Part shown: positions 14,695 to 24,418 of the stretch, piece after piece
How the letters are laid out: every line of letters begins with the position of its first letter
Numbering within the stretch: the first letter of the stretch is position 1
DNA from: a virus
Taxonomy: Duplodnaviria; Caudoviricetes
Length of the DNA stretch: 35,988 bases
IMG/VR virus record: IMGVR_UViG_3300030433_003509
Coordinates: 1-35,988 of that record
Reading direction: 5' to 3' (one strand)
Notes under the pieces: model-generated
Databases searched by the model: none
What the model saw: only the letters and a program-made list of their open reading frames with translations
Told to the model about the DNA's origin: nothing
Position numbers and translations under genes: made by a program

Positions 14695-16877
14695 AGCGCA
14701 CCCAGGAAATCGAGAATTTCGAAGGGGAAGTGGAAGGCGTTTTTCCGAAGATCGACCGGAGTGGGATTAACGCGGGTCAGCTCGTGCAGGTTGTCGGCTC
14801 CGAGCAGGGGAACATTGCCGGTGATGCCGTACTCGGTCGGATTGTTCGGGTCGCCGAAGGCGTCCTGCATGTTCAGGAACGCGATCCGCTCCCGCGCGGC
14901 CAGCTCCGCCAAGGCGCGCTGGTAGGCGACCATCTTCACGATCTCACGCTTGGCGTTTTCGGGCGCGGCGACGATCATCCGATCCATGCCGGGGCAAGCC
15001 GCGGCGTAGCGCGCCATCATGGTTGCATTGGACTGCGCGAACAGCGCGGCGGTGCGCTGGTTCGCCTGATCGTTCGGGCCCGGTGCCCAGATCACGCCGT
15101 CGAAATCCATGGCAGCGATCTGGTTTTGCCAGTTCGTGCCTTCCGCCACATCGGACCACTGCGCCGCCTGGGTGCCGGTGCCTGCCGTCTTGCTGATCAG
15201 CACACCGGGCTCGGCGGATCGCAAGAACAGCCCTTGCGGACGACAATTGCCCGCAACCCGCTCCATTTCCCACAGCCAGGCATCTCCGCCCGGCAGGTTT
15301 TCCAGTAGTATGCTCTGGCCACCCGCACCCTGCAGATCAAGGACCACCCAAGGCCCGCCGTTCCAGCGATACCGAACCACGCCGTCGGCGGTCCCTTCCC
15401 AGAACAGCCGCGCGCTTTCGAGAACTGGTAGAGCCGGCCCGGTGACGGTGATTTTCGCGCCGTCTTCCGAAGTGTCTGCCCGCCCGATGTCGGGCGAGGG
15501 TGAGGTGTAATAGTTGGTGGAGTCCGCTTCGCCCCAATCGCCCTCGCGGGTGACCGGGTAGAGGCCGGGGCGGACATTGCCGTTCACAGGCTCGTTGCCG
15601 AGCTTGGCGAAGCCGATCCATCCAGCACCGGCGTCGCCATATTTGTGGGCGAGGTATTCGGCGAAGAAGCCCGACCAACGATGGGTTTCGAAGGTCCGGC
15701 TGTCGTGACCGAGCGCGAAATGGAATTGGACCGGGTAGCCAAGAGCACGCTGCGCCTTGAACATGCGCCACTTGCGCATCCATCGCTCGCCGAAGCTGTC
15801 TCCGCCCACGATCAAATAGGGCGCGATCTTTTCGTCGAAGCCTGCGTAATCCGTTTCCGCGACACCCGGTTCGAATTGAGCCTGGTGCCATTCGAAATTG
15901 AAAGTGCGGGCGCAGCCGCGGTGATAGCGCGCATGCGCGGGTGCGGTCAGGGTGTCCGGATCGGCGGGCGAATAGCCCGAAATGTAATTCCTCGCGCCGT
16001 CGAACCACGCACCGTAGAGGAAGAACTTGCGAGTGTATTGCTCGCCACCCTCGACCGGCATGAACCCGCTCGAGTGGTACTGGTCGTTCTCGTAGAGCGC
16101 GCCGGTCGCTTCGTTGACAGCGTGGCCGATCACCACGTCTTGAGCTGCCGGGTCGAAGAGATTGCGCGACTTTACCACGAAGCCGGTCTGATCGATCCGC
16201 GGTTTCGCTGGCGCGAGATGATCGCTGTTCAGGCGCAGCCATTCGTCGATGTCGGCAAGGCGGGCTGCACCGGACGTTGGTTGCGGACGAATGCGAGTTG
16301 GCGAGAGAAACACCCCGGCGACTTCGAATGCGCCGCCGCCCGTAACGAAGGCGAGAGCCACGTTGGCCCCTTCGGTGTATTCGAAGCGCAGGGTAACGAT
16401 GTGCAGACCGGCCTCGGCAAGGATGTCCCCAGTGCCACCGCCAAGATTTTCGCCATCCGGGTTGGCGCGCGGGTAGAACGAGCATTGGCCACCAGGCTCG
16501 GCGAACCAGACGAGGAAGTCCGCGGTAACGGTCTGGCCATCTTGCAGACCAAGGCGGCTGATGTCGTGCAAGCGACGGTACTGCGTCCCGGATGGGATGG
16601 TCGCGACCGGGGTCGTTACCGGGATATTCTGCGACTGGGTGGTGAAGGTGGGCGTAACGAGCGGCCAGTGGCTGAAACCCCCGAAACGGGGAAAGTCTGC
16701 GATCACCTCGTGGGTGCTGTCGAACAGCAGGTTTGCGCCGGCGGTCTGACCGTTGATACCGGCAGCCAGCGCCTCAAGCGGCGCGCGATACAGCCCGCCG
16801 TCCTTCAATACCGGGGTGAACTCGGTGCCTTCGATGTCCTCGGGCGAGAGGGGCGGTAGCAGGCTGACGCGCGACAT
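14691..16877 (-). CDS. Tailspike / receptor-binding protein with SGNH-hydrolase-like C-terminal domain
   Basis: Follows fibre and chaperone (TGATG coupled); SGNH blocks HDSRT, GTGT, GPND, DNLH; aromatic beta-rich middle. Confidence 0.7.
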   Translation of the reverse strand: MSRVSLLPPLSPEDIEGTEFTPVLKDGGLYRAPLEALAAGINGQTAGANLLFDSTHEVIADFPRFGGFSHWPLVTPTFTTQSQNIPVTTPVATIPSGTQYRRLHDISRLGLQDGQTVTADFLVWFAEPGGQCSFYPRANPDGENLGGGTGDILAEAGLHIVTLRFEYTEGANVALAFVTGGGAFEVAGVFLSPTRIRPQPTSGAARLADIDEWLRLNSDHLAPAKPRIDQTGFVVKSRNLFDPAAQDVVIGHAVNEATGALYENDQYHSSGFMPVEGGEQYTRKFFLYGAWFDGARNYISGYSPADPDTLTAPAHARYHRGCARTFNFEWHQAQFEPGVAETDYAGFDEKIAPYLIVGGDSFGERWMRKWRMFKAQRALGYPVQFHFALGHDSRTFETHRWSGFFAEYLAHKYGDAGAGWIGFAKLGNEPVNGNVRPGLYPVTREGDWGEADSTNYYTSPSPDIGRADTSEDGAKITVTGPALPVLESARLFWEGTADGVVRYRWNGGPWVVLDLQGAGGQSILLENLPGGDAWLWEMERVAGNCRPQGLFLRSAEPGVLISKTAGTGTQAAQWSDVAEGTNWQNQIAAMDFDGVIWAPGPNDQANQRTAALFAQSNATMMARYAAACPGMDRMIVAAPENAKREIVKMVAYQRALAELAARERIAFLNMQDAFGDPNNPTEYGITGNVPLLGADNLHELTRVNPTPVDLRKNAFHFPFEILDFLGAL

Positions 16878-17320
16878 CAGTTTGCCTCCCAAAGCGTGGG
16901 CTCGATGACCGAGAACCCGGTAAGTGCGCCCGCGGGCGCGGCATCGATCGCGGTTGCAATGCTGGCGGCCTGGGCAACCACATCGTCGATTGCGGCAAGG
17001 CGCGCGGTCGCCTCGGCACCGCCGAGACGGGCGTCGAGGATCTGCTGCTGCCGATCGGCGATCTGGCCGATACGCCTGTTCTGTTCGCGCTGAAGCGCCC
17101 GCTGCAACAGCTCACGCTGCTCGCTTTCGCTCCACGTGCGCGACCGTGACATGATCGGGGTGCCGGTTTCGCTCGGCACAATTTCGACCGGGGCTTCACT
17201 CGCCTGCGCGTCGATCAGTTCGGCGTGGCGCGCTGGGGTCACTTCCGTCGCATCGTCGGGGATCGCGGTGTGAATGTCGCTGTCGAAGAAGGCGCGGGCG
17301 GTGGCGCTGTAGAAGATCAT
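16877..17320 (-). CDS. Tail fibre assembly chaperone-like protein
   Basis: MIFYSATARAFFDSDIHTAIPDDATEVT...HAELIDAQ is a typical Tfa-like N-terminus; ATGA-coupled to gpH. Confidence 0.8.
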   Translation of the reverse strand: MIFYSATARAFFDSDIHTAIPDDATEVTPARHAELIDAQASEAPVEIVPSETGTPIMSRSRTWSESEQRELLQRALQREQNRRIGQIADRQQQILDARLGGAEATARLAAIDDVVAQAASIATAIDAAPAGALTGFSVIEPTLWEAN

Positions 17321-18438
17321 CGGGCGATCTCCCCGATGGCGAAATACATGCAGGGCGTGCCGTCGGAATCGTTGCTGACCTGAAAATTGCCAGCGCCCAC
17401 CGAGGAGGTGAGCACGCGAGCAAAGTGATCGCCATCGCCGGTGATGCTCGCGCCGTTGCCGCCGTCGACAAAGACGCCGTAGCAGGTGGTGAAAGCGAGC
17501 GGGAAGGTGACCGTGCTGGTGCCCTGCGCGGTGGGCGTGAACCGGCCCCACTGCACCATGATCTGGTGCGATGCGCTTGCGGAAATGATCGACGCGCGAC
17601 CGTTTAGCGCGTGGACCGACCGGATCGGACCAAGCGCTGCCGGGGTCAGCGCACGGTCTGCGTCTGTCCCCGCCCATGCCGAGGCCGCATTTGCGGCAAG
17701 CACGGTCAACACCCGGCTTGCGGACAGATCGCCGCCACCGGTCACCAGTCCGCTGCCGGTGATCGTGCGCCCGGTCAGTGCAGCGATCAGATTCCCCAGC
17801 GCTATATCGGCGTCAGCGCGGGTTGTTGCTTCGTCCGCGTCCGCATCGGTGCGCGCGGCAACTTCATCCGCGATCGCCTGGAACAAGGGGGCAAGCGCCG
17901 CGGCGAGACGAACGCCCAGCTTCAGCGGGGTGACGATCCGCTGGTCGTCTTCTTCGGCGTCGGTTTCCGCCTGGGTCGCCAGCTCGGCAACGCCCTTGGT
18001 GCTCTCGGTCGCGGGTGGATAGAGGAAGGTCGCATCGCCGAAGACGATCGATTCCGCGACCGTGTCAGCAAAGGCGACATCGATCGAGAACAGGAAGGTC
18101 GCGATATCGACCTTGCGGAAGATCGGGCCGACCTCGCGCGAGTAGGCAGCGAACAGGGTGCCGTCTGCGAGATAGAGGCCGAGACTGCGCACTTCGTAGA
18201 CATCGGTGCTGGCGTCGAAGGCCGTCATGTGAATGATCGTTTCGGAAACGGATTCGCCCGAAAGCGTGTCGATCCGCTTGATCTCGTTTGGCAGGGCGAG
18301 CAGCGTCGGCGCGATGTCTACCTCGCTCGCCGAAATGCCGAGCTGGGTGATGACGATCGCGTTCGTGTTGCCATTCTGCGCGTCGACCAGCGCGTCGAGC
18401 CCAGCGCTGGTGATGGTGAAGAGGAACCCGGAACTCAT
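17317..18438 (-). CDS. H: Tail fibre (gpH-like)
   Basis: Baseplate-attachment N-terminus (GLYLADGTLFA), ATESTKGVAELATQAET repeat, C-terminal MVQWG...VTFPLAF domain. Confidence 0.88.
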   Translation of the reverse strand: MSSGFLFTITSAGLDALVDAQNGNTNAIVITQLGISASEVDIAPTLLALPNEIKRIDTLSGESVSETIIHMTAFDASTDVYEVRSLGLYLADGTLFAAYSREVGPIFRKVDIATFLFSIDVAFADTVAESIVFGDATFLYPPATESTKGVAELATQAETDAEEDDQRIVTPLKLGVRLAAALAPLFQAIADEVAARTDADADEATTRADADIALGNLIAALTGRTITGSGLVTGGGDLSASRVLTVLAANAASAWAGTDADRALTPAALGPIRSVHALNGRASIISASASHQIMVQWGRFTPTAQGTSTVTFPLAFTTCYGVFVDGGNGASITGDGDHFARVLTSSVGAGNFQVSNDSDGTPCMYFAIGEIAR

Positions 18439-19076
18439 GACGCCACCAAAAATTCGTCGGAGGTTTCGGCCCTGATCGGTTCGCCGTCTTCGGTCTGCAG
18501 GTAGGTCGCCCAGACTGGATCGAGAGCTGTGGTGGTGTCGGCCTCGGTATCGAGGCGGACGAAGCCAGCATCGTGGCCCGCGCCGAGCAGCCCGGCATGC
18601 GCCTGCGCACGCATTCGGTGGACCGCGAACATGTGCGAGCGCAGCGGTTTGACCGCAGCGATGTCGCGCAACAGCTCGCGCACGAGCGCGGCGTCATACT
18701 CGACGCCGCTGACCGTCTTCAGCGGCAGTTCGAGACGGAAGGTGTGCGGGTCGAGATATTGACGGTCTTCGAACCATTCGACGATTTCGATCAGCGGGTC
18801 GAAGCGATCGAGCACGGTGCGCAGCGAAGATCGCGTGCCCTTGCGCCGCTGGGCCTCGATCGCGCCCGCGACTGCATCGCGCTTGACCTGCTCGCTCCAG
18901 TTCGTGTCCCACACGTCGATAGAGATCCCCCAGGCCAGCCAGGGCAGGAGCTGGGCGGGGCAGGTCTGCGGATTCCAGACCGATCGGATCGGGATGGGCA
19001 GCTCGCCCAGCCCGTCCAGTTCGACCTGGTCGAGCGCGCGATCGAGCGGGGTGGCATTGGGCGGCAGGATGCTCAC
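18435..19076 (-). CDS. I: Baseplate/tail protein I
   Basis: LPPNATPL...WNPQTCPAQLLPWLAWGISIDVWD...RRKGT. Confidence 0.95.
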   Translation of the reverse strand: MSILPPNATPLDRALDQVELDGLGELPIPIRSVWNPQTCPAQLLPWLAWGISIDVWDTNWSEQVKRDAVAGAIEAQRRKGTRSSLRTVLDRFDPLIEIVEWFEDRQYLDPHTFRLELPLKTVSGVEYDAALVRELLRDIAAVKPLRSHMFAVHRMRAQAHAGLLGAGHDAGFVRLDTEADTTTALDPVWATYLQTEDGEPIRAETSDEFLVAS

Positions 19077-19966
19077 GTCGCCACCCCCGAGACTGCCACC
19101 GAACGCGCCCCGAGGTTCGCGGCCTGGGTGAGGTCCACCACGACATCGGCCGCAGGCGAGCCAATCACGACATTCTGCACGCCGGCCACGTGGAGCGCCG
19201 CGCCGATTGCCGATCGGGTGATGTCGCGACCCAGATGGCGGCTGCTGGCGATCAGCTGATCGAGCGCGGCGTTGGCGGTCGCCAGCACCAGCTGCTGATC
19301 GGGGCCGGGATAAAGCACGAGTTGCGCGTCGATGTCGAAGGTGACGATCTGCGCGCTCTGCACGGTGACCTGATCGGTCAGCGGGCGCACCTCGTCATCA
19401 TTCAGGACGGTGGCGACCTTGTCGATCAGGGCCGCCGGGGCGGTGCCGTCGCCCTGCCGGGAAAGGACGGACACGACGACCTCGCCCGGCTCGGGGCTGA
19501 CGGCGCTTGCGTCGAGCACGTCGGCATCGGCGGATAGTGCGTGATAGACGTAGGCGCTGGCGGGACCGGCCACGCTGAAGCTGTCCGGCGCAAGCAACAC
19601 GCGGCGGCGCAGCGCGGTGTCATCCTCGAGAACTGCGGGTGTGTTGGTCTGCGAATTGGCGGGGGCGATTTCCTGCCGGGTCACGCCGAGCAGTGCGGCC
19701 AGATTGTCGAGATCGGGGCCGCCCGCGTATGCGATCAGCACGCCGCGCACCGCGTCATTGATCCGGGCGCGCAATACGAGCTCGCGATAGGCGCCCGCCT
19801 CGAGCGCCTTGATTACGGGATCGCTTTCGACATCGGCGCTGAAGGCAGGAAAGCGCCCGAGGAAATCCGCCTTGCGCGCAGCGTAGATCGTTTCGAAGTC
19901 CAGTTCTTCGATGACGTCGGGCGGCGGCAGGCGCGACAGGTCCACGGAAGTTGCGGCGGCGGTCAT
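19073..19966 (-). CDS. J: Baseplate wedge protein J
   Basis: VDLSRLPPPDVIEELDFE...SVAGPASAYVYHA...VRPLTDQV; start at MTAAA. Confidence 0.95.
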   Translation of the reverse strand: MTAAATSVDLSRLPPPDVIEELDFETIYAARKADFLGRFPAFSADVESDPVIKALEAGAYRELVLRARINDAVRGVLIAYAGGPDLDNLAALLGVTRQEIAPANSQTNTPAVLEDDTALRRRVLLAPDSFSVAGPASAYVYHALSADADVLDASAVSPEPGEVVVSVLSRQGDGTAPAALIDKVATVLNDDEVRPLTDQVTVQSAQIVTFDIDAQLVLYPGPDQQLVLATANAALDQLIASSRHLGRDITRSAIGAALHVAGVQNVVIGSPAADVVVDLTQAANLGARSVAVSGVAT

Positions 19967-20013
19967 GCCGCTCGAGATGCCCGACCGCTCCAGCGCGCGT
20001 AAGGATGGGGGCG

Positions 20014-20032
20014 GGTAAAGCGGGGCTTCACC
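20014..20032. promoter_or_regulatory. Late-promoter palindrome, copy B
   Basis: GGTAAAGC-GGG-GCTTCACC, 48 bp upstream of the J ATG. Confidence 0.75.
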
Positions 20033-20092
20033 CCGCCACGCCCCGCCAAGGGAAGGCTGGTGTGGTGCGGGATGGTCTGGCATCGAAGGCCG

Positions 20093-20530
20093 ATGCTGAC
20101 CGCGTTGCTACTCCTGACTGTCCCGATCGTGCCCGCTGGCGAGAGCTTCGCGTGCACTCCGGTGGCGGTGTGGGACGGTGATGGTCCGGTGTGGTGCGAG
20201 GAAGGCCCTCGCATCAGGCTGGCAGGTATCGCGGCCCGGGAAATCGATGGCACATGCAGGCGAGGGCACCCCTGTCCCGATGCATCGGGAGAGGCCGCGC
20301 GTGACGCGCTCGCGCGGCTGCTGGGCGAACCCGGAGGGATCGGGCGTTATGGTCATCGTTTGGTTGACGGGCCGACGATGCGGTGCCGGTCGACGGGATC
20401 GGCGGAAGGCACGCGCACGGGGGCATGGTGCCTATCGCCAGTCGGCGGCGACATTAGCTGCGCGATGGTGCGATCGGGCATGGCGAAACGCTGGCGCAGG
20501 TTCTGGGGAGGGCACCGGTGTGGTCACTGA
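20093..20530 (+). CDS. Secreted thermonuclease (SNase)-like protein
   Basis: VWDGDG and IRLAGIAARE are variants of SNase VxDGDT and IRLxGIDAPE; ISCAMVRSGMA; hydrophobic N-terminus. Confidence 0.8.
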   Translation: MLTALLLLTVPIVPAGESFACTPVAVWDGDGPVWCEEGPRIRLAGIAAREIDGTCRRGHPCPDASGEAARDALARLLGEPGGIGRYGHRLVDGPTMRCRSTGSAEGTRTGAWCLSPVGGDISCAMVRSGMAKRWRRFWGGHRCGH

Positions 20531-20742
20531 CATGCTCTGGCTTAGACAGCGCGGGCAAATTCTCCGCATGGTCTCCCAGCACGCTACCGCCCAGTTTGCT
20601 GCTGAAGTTGGTCCGCAATACACGCTTTCAAATTGGCATTTCGGCACCCCAGATAATTTTACTGACAGCGGACTCTCGAGAACACTCTTTCACGTTGAGA
20701 GCGGCTTCATTGGGACGAAGCTGCGCAACCGCCACGCCACGC

Positions 20743-21861
20743 TCAAGCAGTTGCGACGAAGTGTGATTGCCGCGGTCGCAGGAAGAAGCGTCTCGGCGGC
20801 GCGAAGTCTGAGCGGCTTTCGGAGTGGTCGGGCGAGTATTCGATCTCTTGCCGTGCGAACCGTAGCGCACATTCCGCTTCCAAGAGCGTATGGGGATCGG
20901 ACCGGTCGTGGTTGCGACGGGCATCGAAGACGACAAGATGACCTTTGAGCGCAGTGGCTCGGGAGAACCGCCGCTCGCGGTCGAGGTAGTCTGCTAACTG
21001 GTTCGCGCCTCTTACGGCTCGATTGGCGTCATAGCGGGTGTAGGTTTCCTCGTCACTTTCCTTTCGGGGCTTCGCGGTCGCACAACCCAGCCATTTGATT
21101 TCTATCAGGGACGAGGAGGACGATGCCGACCATTCGACGCGGATGTCGACTGGCTTGCTCTCGTCGGTATTTTGCTCCGGCCGTACGCTGGCGTTGCGCA
21201 GCACGATTGCGAGCATCTGGCTGAGCGACTTGCGCATGATTCGCTCCGGCTTGTTAACCAAGACGAGGCGCGGGCCGTCGACCCCTCCCTCCCAAACATC
21301 CTCAAGCAGGAAGCATCGGCTTTCCTCTGCGATACTCGCGTAATAGTCGAGCGCCTCATCGAGGTCATCGAAAGCTGGATTTGCGAAGTTGCTGGCGAAC
21401 TCCGGGACGACCTTCTCGACCGCCACGTCGTGGGTCCTCGCCAGTATACGATCCAGTCGATCATGGTATCGGTATACGATGGAACTCCGCGCGAGCGCGG
21501 CTGGATCAGGTTCTACATTCGAACTCGTCGTCCTCATGGAGCGATCCGGTCCGAGAAGGATGAGTGGGTATTTCCCATCTGGAAGGTCGCGGAGCCATTC
21601 CCCGATTTTGGTTGGGTTTGTGACCCTTTCGGCGCGGTTCCACATGCACTCGATTTCATCTTCTCCCGGATCGATCGGGCGCATGATGGTAAGCGCTTGC
21701 GTCAGGTTTTCGGGCGGGAATCCCTCAAAGACGAGCTTAATTGTGTCGAGAAGCTCCTCGAGCGCGGTTTCGCCCTCCTCTCCGAATGCGTCAACCACCC
21801 GATGGACATAGGCTCCGGAGACAAGCCGCTTGACGGAGTCTACATTGATCCTACCGAGCAT
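20743..21861 (-). CDS. Putative PD-(D/E)XK nuclease effector
   Basis: C-terminal EQ....KPVDIRVEW...LIEIKW...NQLADYL (E..D..ExK..QxxxY) restriction-fold pattern; N-terminal ~200 aa unknown. Confidence 0.7.
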   Translation of the reverse strand: MLGRINVDSVKRLVSGAYVHRVVDAFGEEGETALEELLDTIKLVFEGFPPENLTQALTIMRPIDPGEDEIECMWNRAERVTNPTKIGEWLRDLPDGKYPLILLGPDRSMRTTSSNVEPDPAALARSSIVYRYHDRLDRILARTHDVAVEKVVPEFASNFANPAFDDLDEALDYYASIAEESRCFLLEDVWEGGVDGPRLVLVNKPERIMRKSLSQMLAIVLRNASVRPEQNTDESKPVDIRVEWSASSSSSLIEIKWLGCATAKPRKESDEETYTRYDANRAVRGANQLADYLDRERRFSRATALKGHLVVFDARRNHDRSDPHTLLEAECALRFARQEIEYSPDHSESRSDFAPPRRFFLRPRQSHFVATA

Positions 21862-22459
21862 CTTCGCCCCTCAGTACTCGCGCAGACAGCCAGAGGACAG
21901 CTGGGGACAGCAGGGACCGCGTTTCTTCTTCGAGTGCCGCGCATACGGCCTCGTACTCGTCGTGTAGAACTGACACATCATTTTGCTGGAGCAACACCCT
22001 GTTTTGCCCAAGGGCAGCGGCAGCAGCTAGACCGGGCGAGGAACCGACAGCCTGGCGAACGGCCCCTATCGGCAGCGCGAGAGCGCACCGCGTGGCGATC
22101 TTCAGACATTCGCGCCTTCTGGAAGGACCCGAAAGCGAAGAAAGTTCGTCCAACTCGGCTGGGAGCGTGTCTGCATGGGGAGCGATGAAGCCTTCTTCGC
22201 TTTCGCTCACCAGACCGCGCGCTGTCAGGAGGCGACGAGCCGTTTCGAGTTCGGCACTGAAGGGCACGCCTTCGGACGTGACCGCGAACAGGTAGCCCCA
22301 AGACGCTGCCGGAAATCCACGAAACAGGCCGAGGACGCATGCAAGATAGGCATAAAGGTGCAGCTCGAATACCGTCATTGGCAGCACGGATCGCGGTGCA
22401 TCGCCCAGAAGGGCGATCACGTCAAAGTACGCGTCAGGAGAAACATCCACCCGCGTCAC
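21851..22459 (-). CDS. Small unknown protein (possible wHTH adaptor / middle component)
   Basis: GTGA-coupled to the ATPase, 11-nt overlap with the nuclease; GVPFSAELETA...L..RGLV is a wHTH-like pattern. Confidence 0.6.
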   Translation of the reverse strand: MTRVDVSPDAYFDVIALLGDAPRSVLPMTVFELHLYAYLACVLGLFRGFPAASWGYLFAVTSEGVPFSAELETARRLLTARGLVSESEEGFIAPHADTLPAELDELSSLSGPSRRRECLKIATRCALALPIGAVRQAVGSSPGLAAAAALGQNRVLLQQNDVSVLHDEYEAVCAALEEETRSLLSPAVLWLSARVLRGEDAR

Positions 22460-24414
22460 AGGAGAGCAGCTTCGATTTTTCGGTAGGCTTCGTCAAACAA
22501 ACCCTCTTCGGCTTGCTGAACCAGGCTAAGATCGGTCCATTCAGTCATGCGTACAATCTGCATGCCAGCTTCCGTTTGCTGCTGGGCCAGACGAAGGACA
22601 AGCTCCGAACTGCGCAGGTTGGCTGTCATCACGACACGGTTGCCCGCATTGGCGAAGCGCGAGAACATCGCGCCGGCGCGCGCTTCGTAGGCGATGTCGA
22701 GCGAACCCTCCGGAGTATCGATCATCAAGGACGCCGGCCCGTCTGTCATATACTCCGCGAGGGCCATGCGCAGGGCGATATCAATGAAGAATCTCTGGCT
22801 TTCGGAGACGTCGTTTGACTGGAGTCTGGACTGTCCGTTCATGAGCAGGCGCAGGCCAAACCCCGCAGCGCTACGCCCTTCGCGCGGATCGAGTTGGACG
22901 TTCACCGGCATGCCAATAAATTCTTCCGCCAGTTCGCGAAAACGCGGGACGAATTCTACTGCGGCCGACTCGTATTGGGAGTTAAGTTTCTTCTCGAACT
23001 GCCGGAGACGGTTCCTTAGCTCGTCACGCTTTTCATAGTGTTTCTTGCTCTGGTCGAGCAGTTCCTGCCTTTCCGCTTTCAGCTTCTCAAGTTCTGCCTT
23101 CACAGGGCTGTGGTCGATACGACCCTGGAGGCGTGTGAGGCCGCCGGCCTCCTTTTCTTCGAACTCCCGCAGGGCAGCACGCTCTGCTTCCTCTTGGGCT
23201 TCGGCGTTCTCTAGCCGATCGGCCGCGGTCTGCCGGTTGTCGAGCGCCCTCTCCAACGCTTGGGTGAGTTCGCCGATGCGGGCGTCAAGCGCGCGCAGCT
23301 CGTCCATTTCCCCGCTCGGTTCCGTAACGGATGACAGCACTGAATCGCAAAGAGGGCATTTGCCGTCGTCTAGCTTGGCCTCGATTGCTGGTGCGACGTC
23401 GTCAGTCCCGCACAAACCGCACCGGTTCTCGCTAAGTGTTCCACGCAGCACGGGATGGTGCTGGACCGTCGCGGGCCCTTGGATTCTGCGCGCGAAGACC
23501 TTACGGTATTCCAGTTGCAGTTCGGTTAGGGAAGAACTGGTCTCAGTCCATAGCTCGTCCGCCTCGCGCAATTCTATCCTGTGCCGTCTTGACCGATCCG
23601 CTGCAACGTCGAGGCGGGCCTTGAGGGACTCCTGTTCGGCTCGCAGCTCCTCATCCTTGCGGAAATCGGTGGAAGGGTCGGGCTCAAGGACGTCGACGAG
23701 TTGCTCGATACGTTTGGTTACGTTTCGCGCGGCGAAGCGGACGTTTCTAGCCCGGCTATCTTCGCGATCGACCTCCCGCTGCAGATTGTCTGCGTCTCGG
23801 GCCTGCGATGGATCTGCGCCGAACGCAAGATAGAGGGCATTAGTCAAGGCCGCGTCATCCCACATGAGCAGGTGTCGTCCCTCGTCGAACGTCTGCACGA
23901 AATGAGATAGGAAGACGAACTGCGCGAAGTCCTTGAGACCTGTCTCTCTCAGAACAAGTTCCTTGTAGGCTCCGTCTAGATCGCTCCCGTCCTCTCGCTG
24001 GATCTCCTCACCATCGATCGAGAGCCTCGAAACGCCGAGCGCGCCGGAGAGCTCGCGCGTCACTGCGACTTCCCGCATGCCGAAAGCGAGGGTGACAGTG
24101 GCCTCCGCCCTGTTCAGGGAGGTCGCGCTTATGCGGCCCCGGTAGTAGTCATCGGTACGGTCCGCTCGGACGGCGTTCTTGAGATAATCTGACGCCGACT
24201 GGAATCGGCGTGTGGGATCCGGCACGGCGCCCGTCACCACGTAACTCACGGTGTTTAGGAAGGTGGATTTGCCGAGGCCGTTGGCTCCGATGAGACAGAA
24301 GACGGGTTTTTCAACGACGATCTCCTGACTCGGCTTTCGCGTGTAGAGATCAAAGCCTTCGAGCGCGACCTTCTCGATTGTCGGCAGCCTGATCCACGCG
24401 CCATCCTTACTCAT
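22456..24414 (-). CDS. SMC/Rad50-like coiled-coil ABC ATPase
   Basis: Walker A GANGLGKST; long coiled coil with CGLC and CPLC at the apex; signature VSESQR; Walker B/D-loop LMIDTPEGSLD; start MSKDG with GAGG RBS. Confidence 0.9.
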   Translation of the reverse strand: MSKDGAWIRLPTIEKVALEGFDLYTRKPSQEIVVEKPVFCLIGANGLGKSTFLNTVSYVVTGAVPDPTRRFQSASDYLKNAVRADRTDDYYRGRISATSLNRAEATVTLAFGMREVAVTRELSGALGVSRLSIDGEEIQREDGSDLDGAYKELVLRETGLKDFAQFVFLSHFVQTFDEGRHLLMWDDAALTNALYLAFGADPSQARDADNLQREVDREDSRARNVRFAARNVTKRIEQLVDVLEPDPSTDFRKDEELRAEQESLKARLDVAADRSRRHRIELREADELWTETSSSLTELQLEYRKVFARRIQGPATVQHHPVLRGTLSENRCGLCGTDDVAPAIEAKLDDGKCPLCDSVLSSVTEPSGEMDELRALDARIGELTQALERALDNRQTAADRLENAEAQEEAERAALREFEEKEAGGLTRLQGRIDHSPVKAELEKLKAERQELLDQSKKHYEKRDELRNRLRQFEKKLNSQYESAAVEFVPRFRELAEEFIGMPVNVQLDPREGRSAAGFGLRLLMNGQSRLQSNDVSESQRFFIDIALRMALAEYMTDGPASLMIDTPEGSLDIAYEARAGAMFSRFANAGNRVVMTANLRSSELVLRLAQQQTEAGMQIVRMTEWTDLSLVQQAEEGLFDEAYRKIEAALL

Positions 24415-24418
24415 CGCC

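Noticed and set aside
20531-20742. Spacer between the SNase-like gene and the nuclease as an ncRNA or remnant gene
   Set aside because: No convincing structure, repeat or coding signal was found by eye
22456-24414. ATPase as DndD (phosphorothioation), SbcC or Wadjet JetC
   Set aside because: No dndBCE, sbcD or jetABD-like neighbours are recognisable, and the protein is much shorter than JetC
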